DNA from: an uncultured Holophagales bacterium
GTDB taxonomy: Bacteria > Acidobacteriota > Thermoanaerobaculia > Multivoradales > UBA5704
Reading direction: 5' to 3'
Length of the DNA stretch: 64,000 bases
NCBI GenBank assembly: GCA_963842525.1
Contig: CAWJGT010000009.1
Span: 960,001-1,024,000, forward strand
Shown here: positions 32,619-42,480 of the stretch, one piece after another
Numbering within the stretch: position 1 is the stretch's first letter
Layout: each line of letters begins with the position of its first letter
Notes under the pieces: generated by a model
Told to the model about the DNA's origin: nothing
Seen by the model: the letters and a program-made list of their open reading frames with translations, nothing else
Databases searched by the model: none
Translations under genes and position numbers: made by a program

Positions 32619-33647
32619 ATGGGGACCAGCACGCACAGCTCGCAACAGGAGATGGTGCAGCGGCTCAAGGAAACTCTGGGCTTGAAACGCCTGATCGGCG
32701 AAAGCCCTGCCTTCCTCGAACAGATCCAGAAGCTGCCGGCCGTGGCGCGCTGCGACGCCGGTGTGCTGATCTCCGGCGAGACCGGCACCGGCAAGGAGCT
32801 CATCGCCCGCGCCATCCACTACCTGAGCCCGCGCGCGAGCGGCCCCTTCATTCCCGTCAACTGCGGTGCGATCCCGGTCGACCTGCTGGAGAACGAGCTG
32901 TTCGGGCACGAGCGTTCCGCCTTCACCGGCGCCCAGACCGCCCAGCCTGGCCTCATCGAGGAGGCGGACGGCGGCACCCTGTTCCTGGACGAGGTGGACT
33001 CGCTGCCGTTGCTCGCCCAGGTCAAGCTGCTGCGCTTCCTGCAGGAGAAGGAGTTCCGGCGTCTCGGCTCGACCCGGGTGCAGAAGAGCGATGCGCGGGT
33101 GATCGCGGCCACCAACGCCGACGTCGAAGCCGCCGTGGCCCAGGGGAAGATCCGCCGTGACCTCTACTACCGGCTGAACGTCATCCCCCTCGTCTTGCCG
33201 CCGCTGCGCGAGCGCAGGGAGGACATCTCCCTCCTTGCCCACCATTTCCTGCGCCGGTACGCCGAGGAGCTCGGGCAACCGTGCTGCGGCTTGACCGCCG
33301 AAGCGACGCAGATGCTCCAGGGGTACGACTGGCCGGGCAACGTCCGGGAGCTCGAGCACGTGATCGAGCGCGCGGTCGTGCTCTCCGGAGACCGGGAACA
33401 GATCGAGGCCGAGGCGATCGACCTCCCCCGGTCCGGGCCCGAGCCCGCGCTCCCGCGGTCCTTCCAGGAAGCCAAGGCCCTGGCGATTGCCCGCTTCGAG
33501 AGGAGCTACCTCGAAGAGCTGCTCGCCCTCTGCGGAGGCAACATCAGCCGCGCAGCCCGCACCGCCCAGAAGCACCGCCGCGCCTTCTGGGAGCTGATCC
33601 GCAAGCATTCGATCGACGCCCGGCGGTTCCGGTCGCCCGAGGTGTAG
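32619..33647 (+). CDS. Sigma54-dependent transcriptional activator (AAA+ and Fis-type HTH) without an N-terminal sensor domain
   Basis: GETGTGKE, ENELFGHERSAFTGA, GGTLFLDE, DLYYRLNV, WPGNVRELE, GNISRAAR; start uncertain (32604, 32619 or 32652). Confidence 0.93.
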   Translation: MGTSTHSSQQEMVQRLKETLGLKRLIGESPAFLEQIQKLPAVARCDAGVLISGETGTGKELIARAIHYLSPRASGPFIPVNCGAIPVDLLENELFGHERSAFTGAQTAQPGLIEEADGGTLFLDEVDSLPLLAQVKLLRFLQEKEFRRLGSTRVQKSDARVIAATNADVEAAVAQGKIRRDLYYRLNVIPLVLPPLRERREDISLLAHHFLRRYAEELGQPCCGLTAEATQMLQGYDWPGNVRELEHVIERAVVLSGDREQIEAEAIDLPRSGPEPALPRSFQEAKALAIARFERSYLEELLALCGGNISRAARTAQKHRRAFWELIRKHSIDARRFRSPEV

Positions 33648-33659
33648 ACCACCCGATCA

Positions 33660-33940
33660 CTCCCTGCCGCTGGGACCGTGCTCCCTGTGACTGGGACCGC
33701 GAAACGCGCCTGGGACCCGCGGCCCGCGTTGCTGGGACCGCCAGACGCGTGAAGCGGAGCGTGGTCCCAATGGCAGGGAGGGTGCTCCCAGTGACAGGGA
33801 GAGTGGTCCCTGCAGCGCGGACCGCCAAGCTCGCTCCGGACCCGCCAGTCCAGTCGCAGGGACGGTGGTCCCTGTCGCGCGGACCGCGGTCCGGGTCACG
33901 CGTTTGGCAGGTCGGCTCGCAGGTTTTGTGCTCCCAGGGG
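33660..33940. repeat. Degenerate, roughly 21-bp-period intergenic repeat tract
   Basis: GGGACC, GGTCCC and GCTCCC words recur at about 21-nt spacing; no convincing ORF. Confidence 0.55.
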
Positions 33941-33980
33941 GGGCGGATCTACAGGCCACAAGGCCACCGTTCCCCTCGAC

Positions 33981-34010
33981 ATGGACATCTCTCCTCTGTA
34001 ATATGTCCAT
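33981..34010 (+). promoter_or_regulatory. TA operator inverted repeat overlapping a probable -10 element
   Basis: ATGGACAT-N14-ATGTCCAT directly upstream of the antitoxin RBS. Confidence 0.6.
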
Positions 34011-34023
34011 CTGGGGAGCAGAC

Positions 34024-34314
34024 ATGAACTGGAAGATCGCCGAAGCCAAACAGAGATTCTCCGAGCTCGTCAAAGCGGCCGAGGACGAGCCGCAGTGGAT
34101 CTACAACCGGGACAAGCTGGTGGCTGCAGTCGTCCCTGCCGAGACCCTGCAAGAGTTCCTCGGCTGGCGCCAACAGAGCGAGGGGCGGACCCTTGGAGAG
34201 GCCTTCGCCGAGCTCCGCCGCATCTGCGAAGAAGAGGACTACACCCTGGAGATTCCGCCGCGGCAGGAGCGGCCCAATCCATTTCCCGATGCTCTCGACG
34301 AGCTTTCTCGCTGA
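34024..34314 (+). CDS. Phd/YefM family antitoxin
   Basis: MNWKIAEAKQRFSELVKAA..PQWIYNRDKLVAAVV; GGAG RBS. Confidence 0.88.
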   Translation: MNWKIAEAKQRFSELVKAAEDEPQWIYNRDKLVAAVVPAETLQEFLGWRQQSEGRTLGEAFAELRRICEEEDYTLEIPPRQERPNPFPDALDELSR

Positions 34315-34696
34315 CACCAACATCCTCAGCGAGCTGGTGAGGAAAAGACCCGATCCGGGCGTCCTCCAATGGGCGCAGGAGGTCAGGCGCGTGGCGATCA
34401 GCACCATCACTGTGGAGGAGGTGTACTTCGGGCTCTCCTGGAAACCGAATGCGCGAATCCTGCTCTGGTTCGAAGGATTCCTCGAGACCAACTGCGACAT
34501 CCTGCCAGTGACTGCCGAGATTGCGAAGCGGTCCGGAGAGATCAGGGGACAGCTCCAGGCGCGCGGTAAGACTCGGTCCTCGTGGGACATGATCATCGCC
34601 TCGACAGCGCAAGAGCACGACCTGACTCTCGTCACCCGCAACGTGAGGCACTTCGAGGACTGCGGAATCCCACTCCTCAATCCCTTTCAGGAGTAG
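34289..34696 (+). CDS. vapC: VapC PIN-domain toxin
   Basis: FLADTNILSEL, ISTITVEE, DMIIASTA..LTLVTRNVRHF; overlaps the antitoxin; start approximate. Confidence 0.9.
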   Translation: MLSTSFLADTNILSELVRKRPDPGVLQWAQEVRRVAISTITVEEVYFGLSWKPNARILLWFEGFLETNCDILPVTAEIAKRSGEIRGQLQARGKTRSSWDMIIASTAQEHDLTLVTRNVRHFEDCGIPLLNPFQE

Positions 34697-34755
34697 GAGC
34701 AAAGCCCGTCCATGCCGCCCTGCCGTGCTAGAGTGCCTGGTTGGAGGAGCGGTGT

Positions 34756-34992
34756 ATGACCGTGATTTCGATCGAAGAGGCTCAAGCGAAGCTACCGGAT
34801 TTGATCCACCGTCTGCATTCGGGCGGCGAAGTCGTCATCACGGAGAATAATCAGCCGGTCGCTTGGCTGGTTCCCACTACCAGTGAGCCACAGCAGAAGC
34901 CTCGCCGTCCAGGAACGCTGCGGGGATCGGTTCTGTACATGGCTCCGGACTTCGACGCGCCTCTGGAGGATTTCAAGGACTACATGGAATGA
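34756..34992 (+). CDS. Phd/YefM-type antitoxin
   Basis: IEEAQAKLPDLI..GEVVITENNQPVAWL..RRPGTLRG..MAPDFDAPLEDFKDYME. Confidence 0.85.
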   Translation: MTVISIEEAQAKLPDLIHRLHSGGEVVITENNQPVAWLVPTTSEPQQKPRRPGTLRGSVLYMAPDFDAPLEDFKDYME

Positions 34993-35018
34993 GGGTCCTG
35001 CTCGATACCCACGCGGTG
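34989..35018 (+). pseudogene. 5' stub of a VapC toxin gene
   Basis: ATGA-coupled MRVLLDTHA (PIN N-terminal motif) loses similarity after 9 codons, where the opposite-strand gene ends. Confidence 0.65.
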
Positions 35019-35228
35019 TCAGGCGCGTTGTGCCCGCAGCTTCAGGAGCGACAGGAACTCGGCCAGATCGACGAGACCCTTGGCTTCCCTCCTCTCATCA
35101 GGAGTCAGCTCCTCGCCTCGGTCTTGACGGTCGAGCAGACCTTGCAGACGGTCGTCGACCCCCCGCGGAAGACGGAAGTGTGCCAGATCTTCGGGCAGCT
35201 CGAGCTTGACGAGAACCTGTTGAGACAT
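35019..35228 (-). CDS. Small antitoxin-like hypothetical protein
   Basis: FRLPRGVDDRLQGLLDRQDRGEELTPDERREAKGLVDLAEFLSLLKLRA; AAGGA RBS and TAGAAT upstream. Confidence 0.65.
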   Translation of the reverse strand: MSQQVLVKLELPEDLAHFRLPRGVDDRLQGLLDRQDRGEELTPDERREAKGLVDLAEFLSLLKLRAQRA

Positions 35229-35387
35229 GCAGATCCTTTCGAGGGCCGTCTGCCGGACCTTCATTCTACACGGCCTACACGGCCTCCCGGTCTGCGCCGT
35301 CCCTGGGCGTCGTCATAGACTACTGTCCTCCGAGCTGCGCATTCGACCGCAACGGCGGTGGCGCGTATGTCGGGGTAGGGTGAAGAG

Positions 35388-35684
35388 CTACGCGTGGATG
35401 ACGGAATGAATGGCAAGGAAACGTGGCCCGATGCTGGCTTCGGCGGCTTTCAGGTCGTAGTCGGCCTGCAGGTTGAGCCAGTATTGCGGCGACTGGTCAA
35501 GTGCCCGCCCAAACAGCAGGGCCAGCTCAGCCGTCACGGGACGCGAACCCTTGATCACATGCGAAATCCGCATTGACGACACTCCGAGGACGCGTGCGAA
35601 CGCGGCTTGGGAGACGCCTAGCTCCTCCAGTGTTTCCGCCAGGAATGCGCCCGGATGAATGGCAGGCAAGCCCTTCTTGGTCAT
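35388..35684 (-). CDS. higA: HigA family antitoxin (HTH-XRE)
   Basis: IHPGAFLAETLEELGVSQ..VTAELALLFGRAL..SPQYWLNLQADYDL. Confidence 0.92.
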   Translation of the reverse strand: MTKKGLPAIHPGAFLAETLEELGVSQAAFARVLGVSSMRISHVIKGSRPVTAELALLFGRALDQSPQYWLNLQADYDLKAAEASIGPRFLAIHSVIHA

Positions 35685-35694
35685 GATGCTGTCC

Positions 35695-35712
35695 TCAGTG
35701 GTAATCCAGGTA
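35695..35712 (-). pseudogene. 3' stub of a HigB toxin gene
   Basis: Minus strand reads CTG GAT TAC CAC TGA (LDYH-stop), the usual HigB C-terminus, 10 nt before higA; the rest is absent. Confidence 0.5.
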
Positions 35713-35719
35713 AAACATT

Positions 35720-36937
35720 CTATTTATGGCTGTCAAGTGAAGCACCGCATCGCTCCCGCAGCCCCGCCAGCGCCGGCAGCGCCTCCAGGATCGACTGCGT
35801 GTCCGCCCCGAAGTCGATCAGGCAGGCGGCCTCGTCGGCGCCGATGGCGCGCAGGCGGTCGATCATCTGGGCGCATTTGTCCGGATGGCCGAGGAGCGAC
35901 AGGCTGGCGTAATAGTTCTCGAACGCCACGCCCAGCACCGTGTCCACGTCCTCCCGTCGCACCTCTCCTGTTGCTCCTCCGGCGAGGAAGCTGTACTGGT
36001 CGAGATAGGTGCGCAGGTAGGCGATCATCGGGGCGCGGACCTTCTCGCGCACGGCGTTCTCGTCGTCTCCCACATAGGTGTGGAGCATCACCGCGACCTG
36101 TCCGGCTTCGGGGTCCAGGCCCGCCGCGGCGCGGGCTGCGCGGTAGCGGGCGATCTGCGCGGCGAGCACCGGCAGCGGCTGCACGATGGTGAGGACATGG
36201 GCGCCGATGGCGCCAGCCCGGTCCCAGGTCGCCGGGCTCGTCGAGGCGGTCACCCAGAACGGCAGCTCCGCCTGCACCGGCCGCGGCAGCACCCGCACGT
36301 CGATCTCGCGGCCGTCCACACCGGTCTGGCGGACGGCCTCGCCGCGCCAGAGCCGGCGGATGGTCTCGATCCCCTCGAACATCCGCTCCTTGCGGTCCGC
36401 GAACGCCTCCGGATTGAGGGCGAAATCGGTGGGGTGCCATCCCGAGGCGAAGGAGACTCCGGCGCGGCCGTGCGAGATGTTGTCCACCACGGCCCACTCC
36501 TCGGCCACCCGCAGGGGATTGTGCAGGGGGAGGACGACGCTGCCGGCGCGGATGCCGATGTGCTGCGTCATGGCGGCGAGATGGGCACCGAGCACCGAGG
36601 GGTTGGGGTAGAAGCCGCCGAACTGGCCGAAGTGCCGCTCCGGGGTCCAGACCGCGTCGAAGCCGTGCTCGTCGCCAAAGCGCGCGGTCGCCAGGAGCAG
36701 CTCGTAGCTTTCGGCAGGGGTCTTCGATTCCCCCTCGGAAAAGAAGAACAGGCTGAAGCGGATCGGCCGGTCGGAGCCTGCGGGCTCGGCGAGGCCGGGC
36801 GCCGGTGGGGAAGGCTGTGGAGCCGTCCCTGCCGGCGGGACGACGGCGTCAAGCCCTTTCTTCTTGAGCCGCCGGAGGAGGAGCTCGCGCTGCTCGGGGC
36901 TCAGGCCGGCCAGGCGCTTGGAGAGGTCATCCGCCAT
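35720..36937 (-). CDS. Luciferase-like flavin monooxygenase (natural-product type) with an N-terminal docking helix
   Basis: MADDLSKRLAGLSPEQRELLLRRL; [65 protein letters not shown]. Confidence 0.9.
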   Translation of the reverse strand: MADDLSKRLAGLSPEQRELLLRRLKKKGLDAVVPPAGTAPQPSPPAPGLAEPAGSDRPIRFSLFFFSEGESKTPAESYELLLATARFGDEHGFDAVWTPERHFGQFGGFYPNPSVLGAHLAAMTQHIGIRAGSVVLPLHNPLRVAEEWAVVDNISHGRAGVSFASGWHPTDFALNPEAFADRKERMFEGIETIRRLWRGEAVRQTGVDGREIDVRVLPRPVQAELPFWVTASTSPATWDRAGAIGAHVLTIVQPLPVLAAQIARYRAARAAAGLDPEAGQVAVMLHTYVGDDENAVREKVRAPMIAYLRTYLDQYSFLAGGATGEVRREDVDTVLGVAFENYYASLSLLGHPDKCAQMIDRLRAIGADEAACLIDFGADTQSILEALPALAGLRERCGASLDSHK

Positions 36938-39900
36938 GAGCGCCTTCTTCCAGCTCCATCTCTTCGGCGAGGAGGCGTTCCAGCTCCGCGGGGGAGAGGC
37001 CCTCGATCTCGTCCAGGATGTGGTCCACTTCGGCGAGCGCCTCCGCGCCCAGCCGCTGTGCCTCCACCCCGCGGGCGAGCCCGGCCACGGTCGGTGCCTC
37101 GAAGATCGCGCTCATCGAGAGGTCGACGTCGAACGCCTTGCGGATACGGGTGACGATCTGGATGGCCGTCAACGAGTTGCCCGCCAGCTCGAAGAAGTTG
37201 TCGTCGACGCCCACGGGCTCGATCCCCAGCAGCTCCTGCCAGATGCGGGCGATACCCGCCTCGACGTCGCTGTTCGGCGCGGTGTAGGGCGTCGAGAGCG
37301 CCGGCCGCGGATGGCCGCCCATGCCTGCGTCCGGCTGCTGGGCGAGCAGGTTGGCGGTCAGCGAGTTGTGGTGGGCGATGACGGTCACGAGGTCGCCGGT
37401 CGAGACGATGACCCGCGGCGCACCGGTGGCGAGAGCCCGCGCGAAAGCCTCCAGGGCCTCGCTTTCGTCGATGCCGAAGAGCTCCAGGGACCGCTTGAGC
37501 TCGGCCTGCATGCCGGCCGGGCCGCCGCCGAGCTGCTCCTGCCATTCCTCCCAACGGAACGAGCCCCAATCGATCGCCACGACCGGCAGGCCGCCCGTTG
37601 CCCGCTGTCCGGCGGCGAAGGCGTCGAGGAAGTTGTTGGCGGCGCAGAAGTCCACCTGCCCGAGGCCGCCGGTCACCGCGATGGTCGACGAGAACAGGGC
37701 GACGAAGTCCAGAGGGATGCCGTCCAATGCCGCGGCCAGCGCCCGGGTGCCCTCGACCTTGGGACGGAGGACCGGCGCCGAAGCCTCCGGGGTCTTGAGC
37801 TGGATCAGGCCCGCGCCCGGGACCATGTCGACGTGGAGCACGCCGTGAATGTCGCCGAACCGTTCGAGCGTCCGGGCGACAGCCTCCCGCGCGCCCTCCT
37901 CGTCCGCTGTGTCGGCTGGAACGAGCAGCACCTCGCCGCCTGTCGCCTCGATCTCACGTACGGTCCCCACGGCCCGCGCCACCGGGTCGTGAGAGCCGTT
38001 GCCGGCCGAAGCGGCGAGCAGGTCGTCCCAGCGTTCGCGGTCCGGGAAGGCGGGCGGCACGGCCAGGGCGATGCGAGCGCCGAGGTTGCGGACCAGGAGC
38101 CGCGCGAAGACCTGGCTCGTGAGATCGAGCCCGCCGGTGATGAGGTAGACGCCGCCCTGGCGGAGGGCCGCCGGCCGCGAGAACCGCTCGTCGAGCGGCA
38201 CGGCTTCCCACCCCTGCACCCAGCGGTGCCGGCCCCGGAAAGCCACGATCGGATCGGTGGCTCCGCCGGCCAGCTCGGCGATCAGGCGGTCGGCCAGCTC
38301 TCGTTCCAGCGTAGAAGACGAAGGCGGCGTCACCTCGAAGGAGCGGAAGGCGACCTGGGCCTGCTCCTGGGGCACCACCCGGCAGAGGCCGAGAGCCAGG
38401 GCCTTGTCGGGATCGATCGCCTCGTCGCCGGTCACGGGATGGAGCCGGTCCGCCACCGCGCCGATCTGCACCCCCCCGGCAGGAGCCTCCTCAGCCATCG
38501 CCTGGGTCAGATAGAGCAGGGACCAGAAGGAGCGCTCGCGGTCGACAGAACTTCCTGAGGTGATCCCCCAGAGGTGGAGCGCGCGGAGGCCCTCACCCCC
38601 CTGGCCCCCCTCTCCCATCCGCACTCCCGATCCCCCGGGAGAGGGGGGAAAAGACGCGGCAAGAGAGCTTTCGGGTTGGGGGCTCCCCTCTCCCGGCGGT
38701 TGGGAGTGCGGATGGGAGAGGGGTCGGGGGTGAGGGCTCCGCAGCAACGCATCGTAGTCCTTGCGCTCGCCGGGGCGCAGCGCAATCGTCCCATCCTCAC
38801 GGACCTCGAAACGCTCGCCAGGGATTACGGCGAGGGCCGTCGCTCCCCGCTCCCGCAGCCGCTCGACGATCCGCCGGCCCAGGCCGTCCTCATCCAGGAA
38901 GACCAGCCAGGACGAGCCCGCGATGTCGGCCGGCGGCTCGATCCGTTCCTCCTGCCGCCAGGAAGGGAGATAGAACCATTTTTCGAGCGGCTCCTTAGTC
39001 AACCCGCCCGTCGGCGCCGTGCCGAGCGGGTCGGCCAGAGGAGCGCCTGGAGCCGCCTGGTGCGATGTGCCGGGCTCGATCCAATAGCGCTGCCGCTCGA
39101 AGGGATAGGTAGGGAGCGTCACGCGCCGCCGGCGCTCGGTCGAGGAGGAGAACGCCTGCCAGTCCACGGCTGCACCGGCATTCCACAGCCGGCCGAGAGC
39201 GTGGAGCACGCGCGAGAGGTCCGAGACCTCCTCGGCCGACTCTCGCGGCCGGCGCAGCGACGGCACCGCGACCCGGGCCGTTCGGTCCCCCGGCATCTGC
39301 CCGGCGAGCGTCGTCAGCGCCTGCCCGGGCCCGACCTCCAGCAGCACCCGGTCGGGATCGGAGAGCAGCTCGGCGAGGCCGTCGCCGAAGCGGACCGTCT
39401 GCCGGATGTGCCGCACCCAGTAGGCCGGATCGGTCGCCTCCTCGGGCCGGATCCATGTCCCGGTCACGTTCGAGAGATACGGGATCTGCGGCGGCCGGAG
39501 CGCGACCCGGCCAACCCGTCCGGTGAAGGGTCCCAGGATCGGGTCCATCATCGCGGAGTGGAAGGCGTGCGACGTGTGGAGACGGGTGCACTCGACCCCC
39601 TCCGCATCGAGCCGCACGCGTAGCGCCTCGACCGCCGTTTCAGGGCCGGATACCACGCAGAATTCCGGGCCGTTGACTGCGGCAAGCGCGAGCCCTTCGC
39701 CGACCTCCGCCAGCTTCGCCGCCACCTCGGCTTCGGGCTGCGGAACCGCCAGCATCGCGCCGCCTGGCAGGCCCTGGATCAGCCGGCCGCGCGCCGCCAC
39801 CAGGGCAAGGGCATCCTCCAGCGAGAAGACCCCGGCCAGGCAGGCAGCCACGTATTCGCCGACGCTGTGGCCGAGCATCGCCGCCGGCCGCACCCCCCAG

Positions 39901-41805
39901 GACATCCAGAGCCGGGCGAGCGCGTATTCGACGACGAAGAGCGCCGGCTGGGTCAGCTCCGTCCGTTCCAGCCGCTGTGCCGCCGACTCCCGGTCCGCAG
40001 AGGGATAGAGCACCTCCCGCAGGTCGAGGCCGAGATGCGGCCGAAGGATCTCCGCGCAGCGGTCGACCTCAGCGCGGAAGACCGCCTCGCCCCGGTAGAG
40101 CTCCAGCGCCATGTCCGGATGCTGCGATCCCTGGCCCGGGAAGAGAAAGACGACCGGCCGCTCGTGGTCGCCTGCCGCCGCCGTCGCCGTCCGCGCCGGA
40201 TCGAGCGAGCGCAGAGCGGCCACGACCTCGGCGGCATCGCGGCCGACCACGATCTGCCGGTGCGGAAATGAGCGCCGTCCCGTCTGCAGGGTCCAGGCAA
40301 TATCCGCGAGAGTGCTTTCCCCCCTCTCCCGGGGGGTTGGGAGTGAGGATGGGAGAGGGGGGCTAGGGGGGTGAGGGTCCAAAAACGCCGCCAGATTCGC
40401 CGTCATCGCCTCCAGCGCCGCCGAAGTCTTCGCGGACAGTGGGAGCACCTGCCACGGCCGCGAGGCTCCCAACGGTGCGGAGGGCGCGGGAGCCTCCTCC
40501 AGCACCACATGCGCATTGCTGCCGCCGACCCCGAACGAGCTCACACCGGCCCGCCGCGGCCCACCGCCTTCCGGCCACTCGCGGAGCCTGGTGTTGACGA
40601 AGAACGGGCTTACCGCGAAATCGATCTCCGGATTGGGCTTTTCGAAGCCGAGGCTCGGAGGGATCAGCCCGTTCTCCAGGGAGAGCACCGCTTTGATCAA
40701 CCCGGCGACGCCGGCCGCGGCGTCCAGATGGCCGATGTTGGTCTTGACCGACCCCAGGGCGCAGAACCCCCGGCGCGCTGCTCCCCGGGAGCGGAAGGCG
40801 CGGGTCAGCGCGGCCACCTCGATCGGATCGCCCAGGCGGGTGCCCGTGCCGTGGGCCTCCACATAGCCGATCGTCTCGGGCTCCACCCCGGCGACCCCCA
40901 GGGCTTCGGCGATCACCTCGGCCTGGCTGTCCAGGCTGGGTGCGGTATAACCGACCTTGCCGGAGCCGTCGTTGTTGGTGGCCGAGCCGCGGATCACCGC
41001 GCGGATGCGGTCGCCGTCCCGCAGAGCGTCGGCGAGCCGCTTCAGGGCCACGATCCCCACGCCGTCGCCGAGCACCGTGCCGCGCGCCTCGGCGTCGAAA
41101 GCACGGCAGTGGCCGTCCGGCGAGTAGATGCTCCCCTCCTGGTAGAAATAGCCGACCTTCTGCGGCAGATTGACCCCGACCCCGCCGGCCAGGGCCATGT
41201 CGCACTCGCCGTCGAGCAGCCCCTGGCACGCCACATGGACGGCCACCAGAGACGTCGAGCAGGCGGTCTGCACCGCGAAGCTCGGCCCCCGCAGGTTGAG
41301 GCGGTAGGAAACCTGGGTGGTGAGGAAGTCCTTGTCGACGCTGATCCGCCCCTGGATGCCGCCGACCGACATCATCAGGTCGTGGTTGGACAGCAGGTTG
41401 TAGAGCAGATACGAGCTCAGGTTGGCGCCGCCGTAAACGCCAATCCGGCCGGCGAAGCGCTCCGGGTCGCAACCCGCGCCCTCCAGGGCCTCCCAGGCGC
41501 ACTCCAGGAACAGCCGGTGCTGCGGGTCCATGAGCGCCGCCTCGCGCGGCGTCAGGCCGAAGAAGGATGCGTCGAACAGCTCGATCCTCTCCAGGTACGG
41601 CTTGGCGCGCACATACGCGGGGTCTCGCCATACCGTCTCTGGGACGCCGGAGGCTGCGAGCTCCTCGTCGCTGAAGAAGGTGATGGACTCGACGCCGTCG
41701 CGCAGGTTCTCCCAGAACCGCTCGAGGCTGGGAGCGCCGGGGAAGCGGCCCGCCATGCCGACGATGGCGATCGCGTTGGGATAAAGGTCGTTCGAACTCG
41801 CTCAT
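36927..41805 (-). CDS. Type I PKS module KS-AT-KR(degenerate)-ACP; frameshift in the first codons near 41790
   Basis: KS VQTACSTSL, EAHGTGT, NIGHL; AT GHSVG and HAFH (malonyl type); KR ITGGLDLTS and GQVDFCAAN; ACP FFELAGNSL. ATG 41805 after GGGAG; NAIAIVG precedes MAGRFPG. Confidence 0.93.
38589..38742. repeat. Inverted pair of family A palindromic elements, in-frame in the PKS
   Basis: Copies at 38589-38647 and 38685-38742 in opposite orientation encode PHPRPLSHPHSQPPGEG..PPSPGGSGVRMGEGGQGGEG. Confidence 0.85.
40319..40378. repeat. Family A palindromic element, in-frame in the KS-AT linker
   Basis: CCCCTCTCCCGGGGGGTTGGGAGTGAGGATGGGAGAGGGGGGCTAGGGGGGTGAGGG encodes PHPPSPPLPSSLPTPRERG. Confidence 0.85.
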
Positions 41806-41928
41806 GCCGTGCTCCCTGCAGGGGGTCTGCGAACCCGACCAGACAACGACCGGGGGATCGGAAACCCTCGCGCCGGACCGGGTGTGCGATTCTACCCGTG
41901 GTAGCCTCCTGCGCAGGAGGTGTCCACG

Positions 41929-42462
41929 ATGCCGCAGACCGGCCGTCCCCAGGCGGGGGAATACGCCCCGTACTTCGACCGCTATCTCTCGCTGATCGAG
42001 GGAGAGGACCCTCTGCAGCCCCTGGAGGCCCAGGTGGCGTCCTTCCAGGCCCTGGCCGGATTGCCGGAGGACCAGGCCGGGCACCGGTATGCCGAGGGGA
42101 AGTGGACGGTGCGCGAGGTCCTCGGCCACGTGATCGACACAGAGCGCATCTTCGGCTACCGGGCGTTGCGCATTGCCCGCGGCGACCAGACTCCGCTACC
42201 CGGGTTCGACGAGAACTCCTACGCCGAGGCTGCGGGCCACGACGCCTGTCCGCTCGCCGAACTGGTGGAGGAGCTCGTCCTCGTCCGCCGCGGCCACCTC
42301 CTGCTCTTCCGCCATCTCCCCCCCGAGGCGTGGACCCGCCAGGGGGTGACCAATGCGAATCCTGCCTCCACCCGCGCCCTCGCCTTCATGATGGCTGGCC
42401 ATGCGGCCCACCACCTGGCCATTCTCCGCGACCGGTACGGGATCGCGGCAGCTCCCCGCTGA
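41929..42462 (+). CDS. DinB/YfiT-like family protein
   Basis: EYAPYFDRY, YAEGKWTVREVLGHVIDTERIFGYRALRIARGD..LPGFDEN, AGHAAHH; AGGAGG RBS. Confidence 0.9.
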   Translation: MPQTGRPQAGEYAPYFDRYLSLIEGEDPLQPLEAQVASFQALAGLPEDQAGHRYAEGKWTVREVLGHVIDTERIFGYRALRIARGDQTPLPGFDENSYAEAAGHDACPLAELVEELVLVRRGHLLLFRHLPPEAWTRQGVTNANPASTRALAFMMAGHAAHHLAILRDRYGIAAAPR

Positions 42463-42480
42463 GAGGTGGGCGGCAGAGGA

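Noticed and set aside
34989-35318. 109-aa ORF as a complete VapC
   Set aside because: Only the first 9 residues look like a PIN domain; the remainder is the antisense of the 35019-35228 gene.
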